Both the position numbers and the translations under genes were made by a program. A stretch of DNA of 64,000 bases from Lama guanicoe. Its lineage: Eukaryota. Under the pieces are notes generated by a model. The model ran no database searches, was not told the origin of the DNA, and saw only the letters and a program-made list of their open reading frames with translations. Positions 1-10,824 of this stretch are shown here, one piece after another. The DNA lies in the NCBI GenBank assembly GCA_013239625.1, contig MU056270.1, positions 1 to 64,000 of the forward strand, read 5' to 3'. Each line of letters opens with the position of its first letter. The stretch's first letter is position 1.

Positions 1-211
1 AGCCCAGAAATAAACCCATCTGTCTAGGATCACCTGATTTTTGACAACCGTGGGTAATATTAAACTGGGAAAAAATAATATTTTCAACGAATGGTGCTAG
101 GCAATTGGGTACCCAAGTGTAGAGGAATAAAACTGGGTGCTTACTTCACACCACACACAAAACTAACTCAAGATACATTAAAAAGCTTAAATTTAACAGT
201 AAAAAAAATTA

Positions 212-530
212 CAGTCAACCCTCCTTACCTGCAGGTTCCACATCCACAGAATCAACCAACTTCAGATGGGAAAAATGGGAAAAAAAAACATATTTCGAGA
301 AAGTTCCATTCCAGAAAACTTGAATTTGCTGCAAGCCAGCAACTATTTCACATTACTATTTTTCAGAACTATTTACATATCGTTTACATTGTATTATGTG
401 TTATAACTGATCTAGAAATGGTTTAAAGTAAACAGGAATTTGTGCTTAGATTATTTGCAAATACTACACCATTTCATATAAAGGACTTGAGCACTGGAAC
501 CAATACTTCACAGATAGGGAAGGACAGCTG
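212..530 (-). mobile_element. MER2/MER2B (TcMar-Tigger) non-autonomous DNA transposon
   Basis: Terminal inverted repeats CAGTCAACCCTCC...GGAAGGACAGCTG, TA on both sides (210-211, 531-532), internal TTTACATTGTATTA...TCTAGA and GCAAATACTACACCATTTCATATAAAGGACTTGAGCA typical of MER2. Confidence 0.85.
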
Positions 531-806
531 TATAAACTGTCAAACAAAAAATGGGGATAAATCATCTTACCTTGGATTTAGCAATTTTCTTAGATCTGAC
601 ACCAAAACACAAGCAATGAAAGAAAAAAGATAAATTGCATTTCCTCAAAATTAAAATTTGTGTGCATCAAAGATGCTATTTACAACTCCAAAAAGACAAA
701 CAAGCCAATTTTTAAAACAGTTGAAGAACTTGAATAGACCCTTCCCCAGACAAGACATACAAACAGTCAACAAGCACACGACAATATCATTAGTCACGTC
801 ACGACG

Positions 807-1080
807 NNNNNNNNNNNNNNNNNNNNNNNNNNNNNNNNNNNNNNNNNNNNNNNNNNNNNNNNNNNNNNNNNNNNNNNNNNNNNNNNNNNNNNNNNNNNNN
901 NNNNNNNNNNNNNNNNNNNNNNNNNNNNNNNNNNNNNNNNNNNNNNNNNNNNNNNNNNNNNNNNNNNNNNNNNNNNNNNNNNNNNNNNNNNNNNNNNNNN
1001 NNNNNNNNNNNNNNNNNNNNNNNNNNNNNNNNNNNNNNNNNNNNNNNNNNNNNNNNNNNNNNNNNNNNNNNNNNNNNNNN
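807..1080. other. N run (274 nt) inside L1
   Basis: Run of N. Confidence 1.
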
Positions 1081-1447
1081 AGAATGCTTACAATCAAAAA
1101 ACTGAATAAAAATAACAAATATTGGCAAACCTTAGAGAAACTGAAACCCTTAAACATTACTTGTGGAATTGAAAAATGGCACAGACTATATGGACAACAG
1201 TTTGTCATTTCCTCAAAAAGATTAAAATACAGTTACCTTACGGTTCAACAACCTCACTCCTAGATATAAACATCAAAGCATTAAAAAGAGGTGTTCAAAA
1301 AAACTGTACATGAATGTTAACAGCAGTAATATTCACAATGGCCAAAAAGACAGAACAGTTGAAATATTCATCACAGGCTGAATAGATAAACAAATGAGGT
1401 GTTTCCATAAACTGCCCTATGATCCTGCCAGATAAAGGAATAAAGTA

Positions 1448-2049
1448 AAACGGTGCAGTCACTGTGGAAAACAACATGGCAGTTCCTCAAAATCTTACAC
1501 ATGGGGTTAACATGTGATCCCATCAATTCCACTTCAGTATGTTCAAAACACTGAAAGCAGGGACTGGAACAGACATGGGCACACCCATGGTCATCATGGC
1601 ATTAATCACAATAGCAAAAGGCGGAAGCAACTCAAGTGTCCATCAGCAGATGAATGGATAAACGAAATGTGGCGTAGACACAATGGGGCACTACACAGCC
1701 TTAACAGCTGAGGAATTATGACACATGTTACAAGGTGGATAAATCTTGAAGTCACTGTGCTACGTGCAATAAGCTAGACACAGAAGGACAAATGTCATAT
1801 GATTCCACTTATACAAGGTATCCAGAGAAGCCAAATTCAGAGAGAGAAAGAAGATCATCGCCAGGGGCTAAGGGGAGTTAGCGTTAATGGATAGAGTGTC
1901 ACTTGGGGAAAATGAGTAAATTCTGGAAACGGATGGTGAGAGTATTTGTACAACTGTGTAAATGCAGTTCATGCAATAGTACTGTGCATTTAAAATGGTT
2001 TAAATAGTAAATGTTATGTTATGCATTTCTAATCACAATGGGGAAAAAA
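1448..2049 (+). mobile_element. L1MB-like 3' end nested in an older L1
   Basis: GGTGCAGTCACTGTGGAAAACAACATGGCAGTTCCTCAAAA...GATGAATGGATAAACGAAATGTGG...TAAAATGGTTTAAATAGTAAATGTTATGTTATG plus A-rich tail. Confidence 0.8.
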
Positions 2050-2644
2050 TGAATGAAGCACTGATGATTCACATTACAACTTGGATGAACACTGAAAACA
2101 CTCTAAGTGTAAGAAGTCAGGGGCCCAGGCTGTATAATCTCATGCACTTTAAACCCATTAAGGTTTTGAAAATGAGGGAAATTACTGTAATGGTTTCAGA
2201 AAAAGGAAACTGGATCAGAATGGAAAAAGACATTTCCATAAATTGGGGCAATGGTGAAGGTTGAAGTGGGCTTGTGGATGGGATTACAAGGTGGGACCAT
2301 AAAACTTCTTCATTTGGGGCTTATCTGCTGATTCCTCGAGAGACTATCCCAGTTTTAGCAAAACCCACTGGAGTATTTTATGTCAGGTAGCAAATGTGAG
2401 TACTGTGTAATGCTATTTAAAGTGTTTTATACATTTGAAATTACTAGAAACTAAATCACTGTTCAACATAACCTGTCAATAGCACATGAAAAAAGCAGAG
2501 AAGACATTAGATTTCCTCATAGAGGCCCACCCTGAACCAGATCCAGTTCACCCAAAGTGCGGATGCTAAACAGCCACTGTGTTTTAGGTGCTGTGGATGA
2601 CCTGGATGGAGGCCAAACAGGGCAATTTCTGATTTCTAGTTTTC

Positions 2645-3915
2645 CACACCAAACCATTAAAAAAACTGTTAGAACTTATGAATCATTTCAGTAAAGCTAC
2701 AAGGTACAAAATCCATACACAAAAGCCAGTTGTCTTTCTATACATTAATAATGAAGCATCAGAAAAAGGAATTTAAAAAAAAATTTACTATTGCATCGAA
2801 AAAAAAAATACCTAGCAATAAATTTAATCAAGGATGTGAAAGACCTGAATGTTGAAAATTCTAAGACACTGTCAACTAAAATAAATGCTCAGCCTTAAAG
2901 TTGACAGTTATGTTTTATTTGACGAAAGGACTCGAGCCAGGATGACAGCCTCTCAGATCATTCTGAGGGACTGCTCCGAAGAGGCAGGGGAGGAGCTAGG
3001 ATATACAGGAGCTTTACAACAAAGACCAGGTAGTTGGAACAATAGAAGATTACTTGTTATCTAAAGAAAACCAGGTGCCTCAATTTAAAGAATTTAGAGC
3101 TTTTCTATGTGTGGGAGGAAGCAAACATTTGGGTTCATGGAATTCATTCCTTTGACAAGCATCTAGCTGTCTAGGGCCAGTATCTTGTCCTTTATTATTC
3201 TGAGTCCCTTCACAGTGCACCAAGAGGCTGCACTGCAGGCTTGTCTTCACTGGGGGGGGTGGCGGTGGCAGCTGATGACTTGATGGTTTCAGCATTCTTT
3301 GCTTACTGATATATTTTGCAGTATTTTTCATTCACAACACTGAGGAAAGAAACAACAGACACAAACAAATGGAAGGAATCCTGTACTCACAGATAGAAAG
3401 AATTAATGCTGTTAAAATGTCCATTCTACCCATAGCAATGTTCAAATTCAAAGCGAGCCTGGTCAAATCACTATGCCCTACAACAGAAAAAACCGAATGT
3501 TGTAAATTGACTATATTTCAATACAATAAAATAAACTTCAGTGGCATTTTTCACAGGAACAGAAAAAAAAATTCTAACATTTGTGTGGAAACACAAAGGA
3601 CCCTGAACAGCCCAAGGGATTCTGCGAAGGAACAGGCTGGAGGCATCTTCTTCCCTGACTTCACACTCCATTATGAAACTACAGTCACCAAAAATGTGTG
3701 GAATTGGCCCAAAAACAAGGACACGGACCAGAAGAACAGATGGAGAGCCCAGAAATAACCTATGGGTATGTGGTCAGTTAATTGACATGAAAGGAGCCAG
3801 GAACCTTCACCAGGGAAAGGACAGTCCCCTCAATGAATGGCGCTGGGAAAACTGGACAGCACACACCAAAGAAGGACACGGCACACTACACCACACACAA
3901 AAGCAGACTAAAACA
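2645..3915 (+). mobile_element. L1 ORF2 fragment (region after the RT domain), split by a solo LTR and a short L1 3'-tail insertion (~3468-3535)
   Basis: Degenerate ORF2 motifs such as ERINAVKMSILPIAMFKF, FFPDFTLHYETTVTKNVWNW and SPEI-like sequence; frameshifted. Confidence 0.85.
2870..3336 (-). mobile_element. ERV1-class solo LTR (same family as 59661-60130 and 60320-60830)
   Basis: TG...CA ends, 4-bp TSD ACAC (2866-2869, 3337-3340) that restores the host L1; minus-strand AATAAAACATAACTGTCAACTTTAAGG; shares CTACCTGGTCTTTGTTGTAAAG and GAGCAGTCCCTCAGA with the LTR at 59.7 kb. Confidence 0.85.
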
Positions 3916-4108
3916 GACATTCAGCTGGCAATGACAGGTAGGCAATATACTGGGGCTACAGCTGGAGCAGCTAGGAGGGGTCTGGTTGCAGCTGTAAGAC
4001 TGAGAGCCGAGGCACAAACATGGTAGGGTGGTCAAGCTGTGTCACAAGGCAACAATGGTGAGCTTTGTGAAGTCCCCATCAGAGGCTCAATATTCTAAGT
4101 CCTAAACT

Positions 4109-4518
4109 TGTTACAGAAACGACAGGCCAGTCAAGAAACAAGCACCACTTGGAGGGTTGGAGTACTCAGATGTATTACGCCGGCGGACTCAGAGAGGCTT
4201 CTGCTCCGAAGCTCTGAGCACCTCCAAGACGTGCACATGAGATTTTATAGGGTAAAGTACAAGCTTGGGGTATTCAGCCAATGGGGCTTTAGCAGTATTA
4301 TCATCACAAAAGTGGAGGCGGGGAGGCAGCAAACCAACATTCCAAAGCCAGATATGTATCTTTGAAAACCCAGCTGGCTAGCAAAAAAAACAACCATGAA
4401 CAGCAAACCAACGCTAATTAACCTAGATTTACAAGTTAGTCTAGCACAGCTCAGATCAGTATTCCAATACTTAGATTTGTGAGTGATCTTGTTAGACCAG
4501 CCTGGCTTTTCCTGCACA
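4109..4518 (-). mobile_element. Solo LTR, probably ERV1 class and relatively young
   Basis: TG...CA ends with 4-bp TSD AACT (4105-4108, 4519-4522); minus-strand CTATAAAA TATA box; some CpGs retained (ACGCCGGCGGA). Confidence 0.65.
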
Positions 4519-4567
4519 AACTAGCTAGATTTACAATCTAGTTTATCTTATTCTACATGTTGACAGT

Positions 4568-5440
4568 AATAGCATTAGCAACACCTACCTTTAGCTAATA
4601 CTTTTCTGTCCCCAACCATTCAATGACTTCTCACTTTATACTCAGCATTTGTGGCTTTAAGCACCAGAACTCAAACACAAGACAATGAAGAAATAATAGA
4701 GTTGAGACAGGAAGGGGGCAGGGCACAGCCATTCAAGGAATGCTACAGCAATTAACATCAAAATGGTGAAAGATTCAACCCCCAGTAGGCCTTGAGGCTC
4801 AAGATGATGGGAGATTTAACTTCTAGCAGATCTGGAGCTCCATTATACGCCCATTGTAATACAGCTGCATGGTGAATAACGCCCACAGGCACCATGGCAG
4901 TCCCAAAGCTAGCCACAAAAGGTCAGAGTGGGAAAAGGCCAACTTCCTGGGAATCCCAGCCCCTTCCCCAGGCCACTTAGACTGGCCCTTCCACTTATTA
5001 GCGTATGAAGCCACCAAGCCCATAAAAACTGGCAAAACTATGCCTCTTCAGAGAGGGGCCACATTCTGTCTATGCAGAACATGCATAGACAGCTACTTTG
5101 AAGCTGAGCACCGAACCCCCACACCTCGTGGCCTTTCAATGTATCTCTGTGAATAAATCTACTTTACTGAACTGTGGCTCGCTCTTGAATTTTTTCCTGC
5201 ACAAAGCCAAGGACCCACACTTGGTGAGGCATACCCCAGGGGCTCAGCCAAAGCCTGGGACAGCCCTTCTCACTCCCCACATCTGTTTTTCCTACATCAA
5301 TAGTATTAGCAATCCCTACCTTAAGCTAATACTTTTTTTTTCCCTCAACCATTCAATGACTTCTTACTTTATTCTAAGCATTTGTGGCTTTAAACACCAG
5401 AACTCAAACACAAGATGGTTAAAAAATAAGGACTAGAGAG
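4568..5440 (+). repeat. ~135-bp diverged direct repeat (4568-4702 and 5299-5440) flanking the LTR
   Basis: Both copies contain AATAGYATTAGCAA..CCTACCTT.AGCTAATACTTTT...CAACCATTCAATGACTTCT...AGCATTTGTGGCTTTAARCACCAGAACTCAAACACAAGA. Confidence 0.9.
4703..5299 (+). mobile_element. MER41-like ERV1 solo LTR
   Basis: TGAGACAGG...CATCA ends, CATAAAAA TATA-like motif, AATAAA followed by GGCTCGCTCTTGAATTTTTTCCTGCACAAAGCCAAGGACCC, typical of the MER41-group R/U5. Confidence 0.75.
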
Positions 5441-5922
5441 GAAAGACTGAAAATGGATAAACTGCAAAACAACATATTCTTACACAGACACAAAAATGTG
5501 CTTTTGGAGCAGAAGCCCAAACTCCACTTCTGCTATAGTGGTGAGGTTGAAAATGGGAATCCTTTCCACCTACCCAGGCTGACATTAACAATTAACAGCA
5601 TGGAAACCCAGGAATGGCAGCAATGAAGGCATAGTTTTTAAATGTCTCTGAATCCACAGAGTCATGAGACAGCAAAACCAAAAGCATCTGGACAACACAC
5701 TCCAAGATGCACGTGGGTGAGGACAAACAAGGACTTTTTTTTAGTTCATGAAACACTGTATTATTAAATAAACTGGCACAAAGCATTTGTAATATCACAG
5801 TCTTCTGCTGGTGCTGCAAAACTAATTTTTTATTATTATTAGTGTCACATGCTGTGATTTTCAAAGGTCAGTTTAATTCTGATTTCTTAACATTCATTAT
5901 ATAATGTATGGAGAAAATAGTA

Positions 5923-6129
5923 CAGTTGACCTTTGAACAGCGTCGGGGGCCAGAGGTGCTGGCCCTCTATGCAGTATAAAATCCGCCTGTAATAAACTTT
6001 ACAAGTCAGCCTTCTGCACCCATGGATTCACCCACTGTGGACTGTGCAGTAGTAGGACCTATTTTTGGAAAAAATCCACATGTGGGTGAACCCACGCGGT
6101 TCAGACTTGTGTTGTTCAAGGGTCAACTA
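5923..6129 (-). mobile_element. MER8 (TcMar-Tigger) MITE
   Basis: TIRs CAGTTGACCTTTGAACA and TGTTCAAGGGTCAACT, TA at the left end, ~205 bp. Confidence 0.85.
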
Positions 6130-6238
6130 CTATTTTCTTTTACAGACGTAGCTTGTATATCTTCCTGTACATTTAAAGTTGGCATAGTCAAATTCAGCTT
6201 GGAGAGAGAAAGAAAAATAAGCTGCTACCTTGTATTTA

Positions 6239-6334
6239 TTTATTTCATTGATTGATTGATTGTCCTGGGGATTGAAGCCAGGACCTCATGGATGCTAAGC
6301 ATGTGCTCTACTACTGAGCCATACCCCCATCCCC
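6239..6334 (-). mobile_element. tRNA-derived SINE (camelid type)
   Basis: Reverse strand reads GGGGATGGGGGTATGGCTCAGTAGTAGAGCACATGCTTAGCATCCATGAGGTCCTGGCTTCAATCCCCAGG with A/B boxes; 16-bp TSD TGCTACCTTGTATTTA (6223-6238, 6335-6350). Confidence 0.9.
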
Positions 6335-7169
6335 TGCTACCTTGTATTTAATTTCAAAAGGATTTTTTGGGATCATTTCCCCATCCCAATATATACTCAA
6401 CCCATTCTTTTGTACTTTCTGCTCTGTAGAATGACCAGTATATGCTGATAGGCTGTAAGAGCTTATGTCCGTGTATAATTTATTTATAGCATAAGCAGCT
6501 TGTTAAGGCAAGAAAGAATTGTTACTAATTTAACAAAGGCTTACAGATAGACATTGATAGAAAAGGGGCCCCAAGGCACGTCCTATAACTGGCTCCTTTT
6601 TAAAATTGTAACTTCTAAAGTTTTCGTTTAGAACAGGCTATTAAATTTTTAGGACTTGGAAGTGATTTTTTTTGACAGCTGGGAATCAAAAGTAAGGAAA
6701 CATACTTTAGCAGAGTGTGTGAAAAAGGGGGAGACCCCGTTTCCTTGTCTCTATGTCTCTGTTTCCTTACCTGTAAGGCACTGAAGACCAGAGGAGAAAG
6801 GGGGAGGAAATGGAGGAGGTGGGAAGGGGTGAGAGAAGTGAGCAAATGCACATTCATCAAAAGGTGAGAGAGGGAAAAGGAAAAAGGTAAAAACCTGAAA
6901 AGAGGCTGGAACATTTGTAGATTTTCTTTAAAAGGCAGAACTTAAAAAAAAAAAAAAGTATCAAAATGAAACTATGTAATGAAAAGGAAATAGTGTTTAA
7001 TATTTTCTTAAAATGTCCTGCAAGTTATATTCTCAAAATCTTTGTTATTGAGGTCAGAAGTCTCCTTAAGAGGCATTAGTAAATTTCTAAATTATTATTT
7101 GTTGACTTGTTTTTTTTCCCATTCAATCATAGGCTTCTTCAAGGCAGACTCTCCTCTGTTGCTCTTTTT

Positions 7170-7605
7170 TGTATCCTAGGTAGCTAAGGCTAGGCTGGGC
7201 TAGGGCTGCCATGATGCCGTGCTACAGACTGGGTGGTTGGACCAACAGAAACTTATTACCTCGAAGGTCTGGACACTAGAAGTCCAAAGTGAAGGTACTG
7301 GCAGAGTCGGCTCCTGCTAGGATGTGCTCCAGGCTTCTTTGCTTGACTTGCAGGTGGCTGTCTTATCTGTATGTCTTTCCATTGTCTTCCCTCTCTGCGT
7401 GTCTGATTCTGTGTCCAGATTTCTTCTTTTATAAGAATATCTGTCATGTTGGATTAGGGCCCTCCCTAGTAATCTCAGTTTAATTCAGTTACTCCTGTAA
7501 AAGCCCTAGCTCCAAATAAGGTTACATTCTGAGGTGCTGGTGGTTAGAACCTTAACATACAAATGAATTTGGGTGGGGGGTGGGGTCACAATTCAGCCTG
7601 TAGCA
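7170..7605 (-). mobile_element. MLT1 (MaLR) solo LTR
   Basis: AGGGCTGCC...AGACTGGGTGG...AACAGAAACTTATT...AGAAGTCCAAAGTGAAGG...GGATTAGGGCCC...CACAATTCAGCCTGTAGCA. Confidence 0.8.
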
Positions 7606-7876
7606 GCAGATGCCAGCACAATGCCTGGCACACATTGGGCACCCAGAAATGTTTGTAAATGCAAACTGTTCTCATAGTCTGGCTGGTGTCCTTCCTGGAA
7701 TTTCATTGGAATGGGCCTTGATTTCAAGGGTACCCCTTTTCAGCAAATAAAATGGGTTACTGAGTGATAAATTCCTGGTAGAGGTTTTGTCTATATAAAT
7801 TATATAGTTAAGTGCCTGTAATTTGTGGGTTTATGAATCCATTATACAACCTGAAAATAGTGATAATTATATTTCC

Positions 7877-8214
7877 TGTCCTAGTCTGCTCAGGCTGATG
7901 TAACAAAAATACCATAGACCAGGTGGCTTGTAAACAGAAGAAATTTATTTCTCACGGTTCTGGAGATTGGAAGTCCGTACATTTATTTGGGGTCTGCCGA
8001 GGCCCTGTGGTTCATAGAACCTTCCTGCTGCGTCCTCGCATGTGGAAGGGGCCAGGGGTCTCTCTGGGGCATCTTCTACAGGACACTGGTCCCATTCATG
8101 AGAGCTCCACCCTAGTGGCCTAATCGCCTCCTGAAGACCCACCTCTTAGCAGCGTCACTTTGGGGATTAGGCTTCGATATGTGAGTTTCAGGGGGACACA
8201 AATACTCTGTAGCA
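7877..8214 (-). mobile_element. MLT1A-like (MaLR) solo LTR
   Basis: TGTCCTAGTCTGCTCAGGCTG..TAACAAAAATACCATAGAC..GGTGGCTTGTAAACA..AGAAATTTATTTCTCACGGTTCTGGAG...GGGGACACAAA..TAGCA. Confidence 0.85.
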
Positions 8215-8748
8215 TTCCATTTCTTCATTCTGATTTACTTTTCTGGGTGCATAATAATGAAAAAAGATCGGTAATGGTTTTTGCAAGTAAGCACACACCT
8301 TAGTTTTATTAGCTCTTTAAATCAATGTGGGTTCTTAACGTTATTCTGAATGGTTTATATTTAATTTTATATTTTGAAGGATAGACAACTTTAGCAACTC
8401 TAGATGTTCAGGGCACAAAGTAAGTGTTTAGTAAATGTTTACTATTATTTCATGTTTTTGTGCCTTTGTACATGTTGATTTTCCAGACATCATGTTGTCA
8501 GTGAATCTTCCTTTCCTGATCAATACAAAGTGGAGCATCTGTTTTTGTTTTTTGTGTGTGCCATCAGTATACCATGACATACCTCTAATCTAGTGTTTAA
8601 TTTTTCTTTTTAAGATTGATTACCGTTGCTTTTCAGAGCACGCATTCCTTGAAGGCAGGAGTTTTCTTTTTGTTGTTGTTTGTTTCCTCAGGGTTTACTA
8701 TATCAGAGGTGTTATATTAATATGTATTTGATGAAACCGTTTAACTCC

Positions 8749-8888
8749 TTTTTTTAATTTTTATTTTTAAGTTTGGGGGGTAATTAGGTATTCTATTTAT
8801 TTACTTTTTAATGGAGGTACTGGTGATTGCATACAGGACCTTGTGCATGCTAGGCATGCAGTCTAACACTGAGCTATCCCCATCCCCC
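8749..8888 (-). mobile_element. tRNA-derived SINE (camelid type, long tail)
   Basis: Reverse strand GGGGATAGCTCAGTGTTAGACTGCATGCCTAGCATGCACAAGGTCC...CAGTACCTCCATTAAAAA...AATTACCCCCC plus A tail; TSD ACCRTTTAAC (8736-8745, 8889-8898). Confidence 0.85.
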
Positions 8889-9157
8889 ACCATTTAACAT
8901 CTGAGCCTGTTTCCTCTTCGAGAAAACTTGAGTTGTAATGTCTAATCTCTTAATCTCATATTATATTGAAATATAGCTAAGAGAGTTTTTTGGTTTCTTT
9001 GTTTTAGCATTATAAGTCAATTATCTACTCAATATGAGTAGAAAAACTGATTTTTATTAGATATCTATTCCTTTTCTGACCAGTGTCAGTAAAGTTTCCT
9101 GTTGGGACTTCTGGTTCCACCAAGGTGGAGTTGCTCCATTCCTTCTAAGTTTCCTGT

Positions 9158-9903
9158 CTATCAGAATGGCTAAAATAAAAAATAGTAACGACACCAAATG
9201 ATGTGGAGAAGCTGGATCACTCACACATTGCTGGTGGGACTGTAAAATGCCACAGCTACCCTGGAAAACAGTTTGGCAGTTTCTTTTAAGACTAAACTTG
9301 CAGTGACTGTACAACTTAGCAGTTATACCCTTAGACATTTATCGTAGAGAATGAAAATTGCATTCACATAAGATCCTGTGCACAGTGTTCATAGTGGCTT
9401 CGTTCGTAGCAGCCCCAGACTGGGAACAGTGCAGATGTCCTTCAAGGCGGGACTGGTGAAACAAGCTGCGGTCTGTCCACAGTGATAAAAAGAAAGTGAC
9501 TGTTGATACACACCTGGTGGATGTCCAGGGAATTATGCTGAGCACAAAAAGCCAGTTCTAGAAGGTGACATAGGTGATTACATGTATATATTATTCTTGA
9601 ACTGACAAGGTTGTAGAAGTGCAAAACTGATTAGTGGTTGCCAGGGATTAGGAAATGAGGCAGGGAGGGTGCTGTGTTTTGCTTTAAAAAGGGAGTGAAA
9701 GATATGCTCTCGGTGATGGAGTTGTTCTCTCTCTGACAATTCGGTGCCGGTATCAGCATTCTGGCTGTGAGGCTGTACTGTAGTTCTGCAGAATGTTACC
9801 GTTGCAGGAACTGGGTGAGGCTTACAAGGGCTTCTTCTGTTTCTGACAACTGTATATGAAGCAACTGTTATCTCAAAATAACAGGTTTAAGTAAATAAGA
9901 AAG
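9158..9903 (+). mobile_element. L1MC/L1MD-like 3' end
   Basis: AGAATGGCTAAAATAAAAAATAGT...CATTGCTGGTGGGA...GGAAAACAGTTTGGCAGTTTCTT...TGCAGAATGTTACC...TTATCTCAAAATAA. Confidence 0.8.
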
Positions 9904-10362
9904 TTTTCTTAAGTGTTTTCAACAAATTGCTGCTATCGGGGCTCCTAAAGTGGCAGAAGAAGCACACAGAAGCATTCCTATTATAGGTAAGTATTGGCTT
10001 TGCATTTTGTTTTGTGATTTTTTTTTTCCCTTATGGCTTGGTCAAATAGTCTACAAAGTTATAGCTTTATAATTACTTCAGGGTTATTTTTTGAGTTTTC
10101 ACTTGTGCTCCAATCATTTTCCTTGTCTTTTATAACTTAATCAGTTCTAATTACTACTTTTTCTTCCTATCATTTGGCTTTAACTCAAAGAATCTTAGTA
10201 AGGTTGTTTATAGGCCTTTAGTCAGGAAGATTTGAAATAAGACATTGCTTTTATTATCAGAATTTTGTGTTGTGACTTTGGAAAAGTAACATGCATAAAA
10301 CCTCATTTTGATAAGTAACCACATCAGTTGGCCATTTTTATATGTTTTCTTTTTTTTAACAG

Positions 10363-10539
10363 AACCTACGACATCTAAGGGTACCAGTGGGATTACAGCT
10401 ATAACATGGAGTTCCAGTGGAAGTGATCTGTCAGATGAAGATAAAAATTTTAAACCACAGAGGGATAGCAGACATGGTTCTAGAATAGACAGATTTTATA
10501 ACAGGAATATTTCATGTCCAAAGGATGGGACCAGTGAAG
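10363..10539 (+). pseudogene. SPIDR: Isolated internal coding exon of SPIDR (KIAA0146, scaffold protein involved in DNA repair); donor splice site appears destroyed and neighbouring exons are absent
   Basis: Strong polypyrimidine tract plus AG (10361-10362); translation (E)PTTSKGTSGITAITWSSSGSDLSDEDKNFKPQRDSRHGSRIDRFYNRNISCPKDGTSE matches recalled mammalian SPIDR N-terminal sequence (human ETTTSKSTSGLTDITWSSSGSDLSDEDK). The 177-nt symmetric phase-1 exon ends GAAG|GAAAAC where GAAG|GT is expected. Confidence 0.85.
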
Positions 10540-10824
10540 GAAAACTGATAATTTTGTAAGACAGTTAGTTTCTGTTATAGATTGGATTTCAGTATTGGAA
10601 AAAACTTATACTCATTTTCCAATGCTTAGCATTGATTATGACCATACTAGGTCCCAGCCTCCCAGCCGTTTAGAAAGATTTTCTCATAATAATTCCCACA
10701 GTAACTCTAAGAGATAGGTATTACCAGTATTATTTTTACAGTTAGTAGTTTAAGCTTGAACACATTAGAATTGGTTGAATTCCACTTTGGGTCTCTTTGG
10801 CGACAAAGCCAGTTCTCTAAAGTA

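Larger units (their letters stand above)
1..2130 (+). mobile_element. Old L1 (L1M-type) ORF2 3' part and 3' UTR, fragmented; interrupted by MER2B, an N gap and a second nested L1 3' end
   Basis: AGCCCAGAAATAAACCCA...TTTTTGACAA, ATGGTGCTAGGCAATTGG and CACACCACACACAAAACTAACTCAAGA resemble the L1 ORF2 C-terminal coding region; the 3' UTR resumes at ~2050 (GAATGAAGCACTGATG...TGGATGAAC). Confidence 0.85.

Noticed and set aside
651-1263. Long ORFs spanning N runs (also 19708-20141, 22474-23193, 27079-27603)
   Set aside because: They are open only because Ns contain no stop codons; most flanks are L1 debris.
8380-8425. Possible upstream SPIDR exon (AG...GTAAGT, 40 nt)
   Set aside because: No frame resembles the recalled SPIDR sequence preceding the 10363 exon.
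10308-10559. 83-aa single-exon gene from the ORF track
   Set aside because: It starts at a TTG in intronic sequence and reads through a splice acceptor; only 10363-10539 is SPIDR-like.
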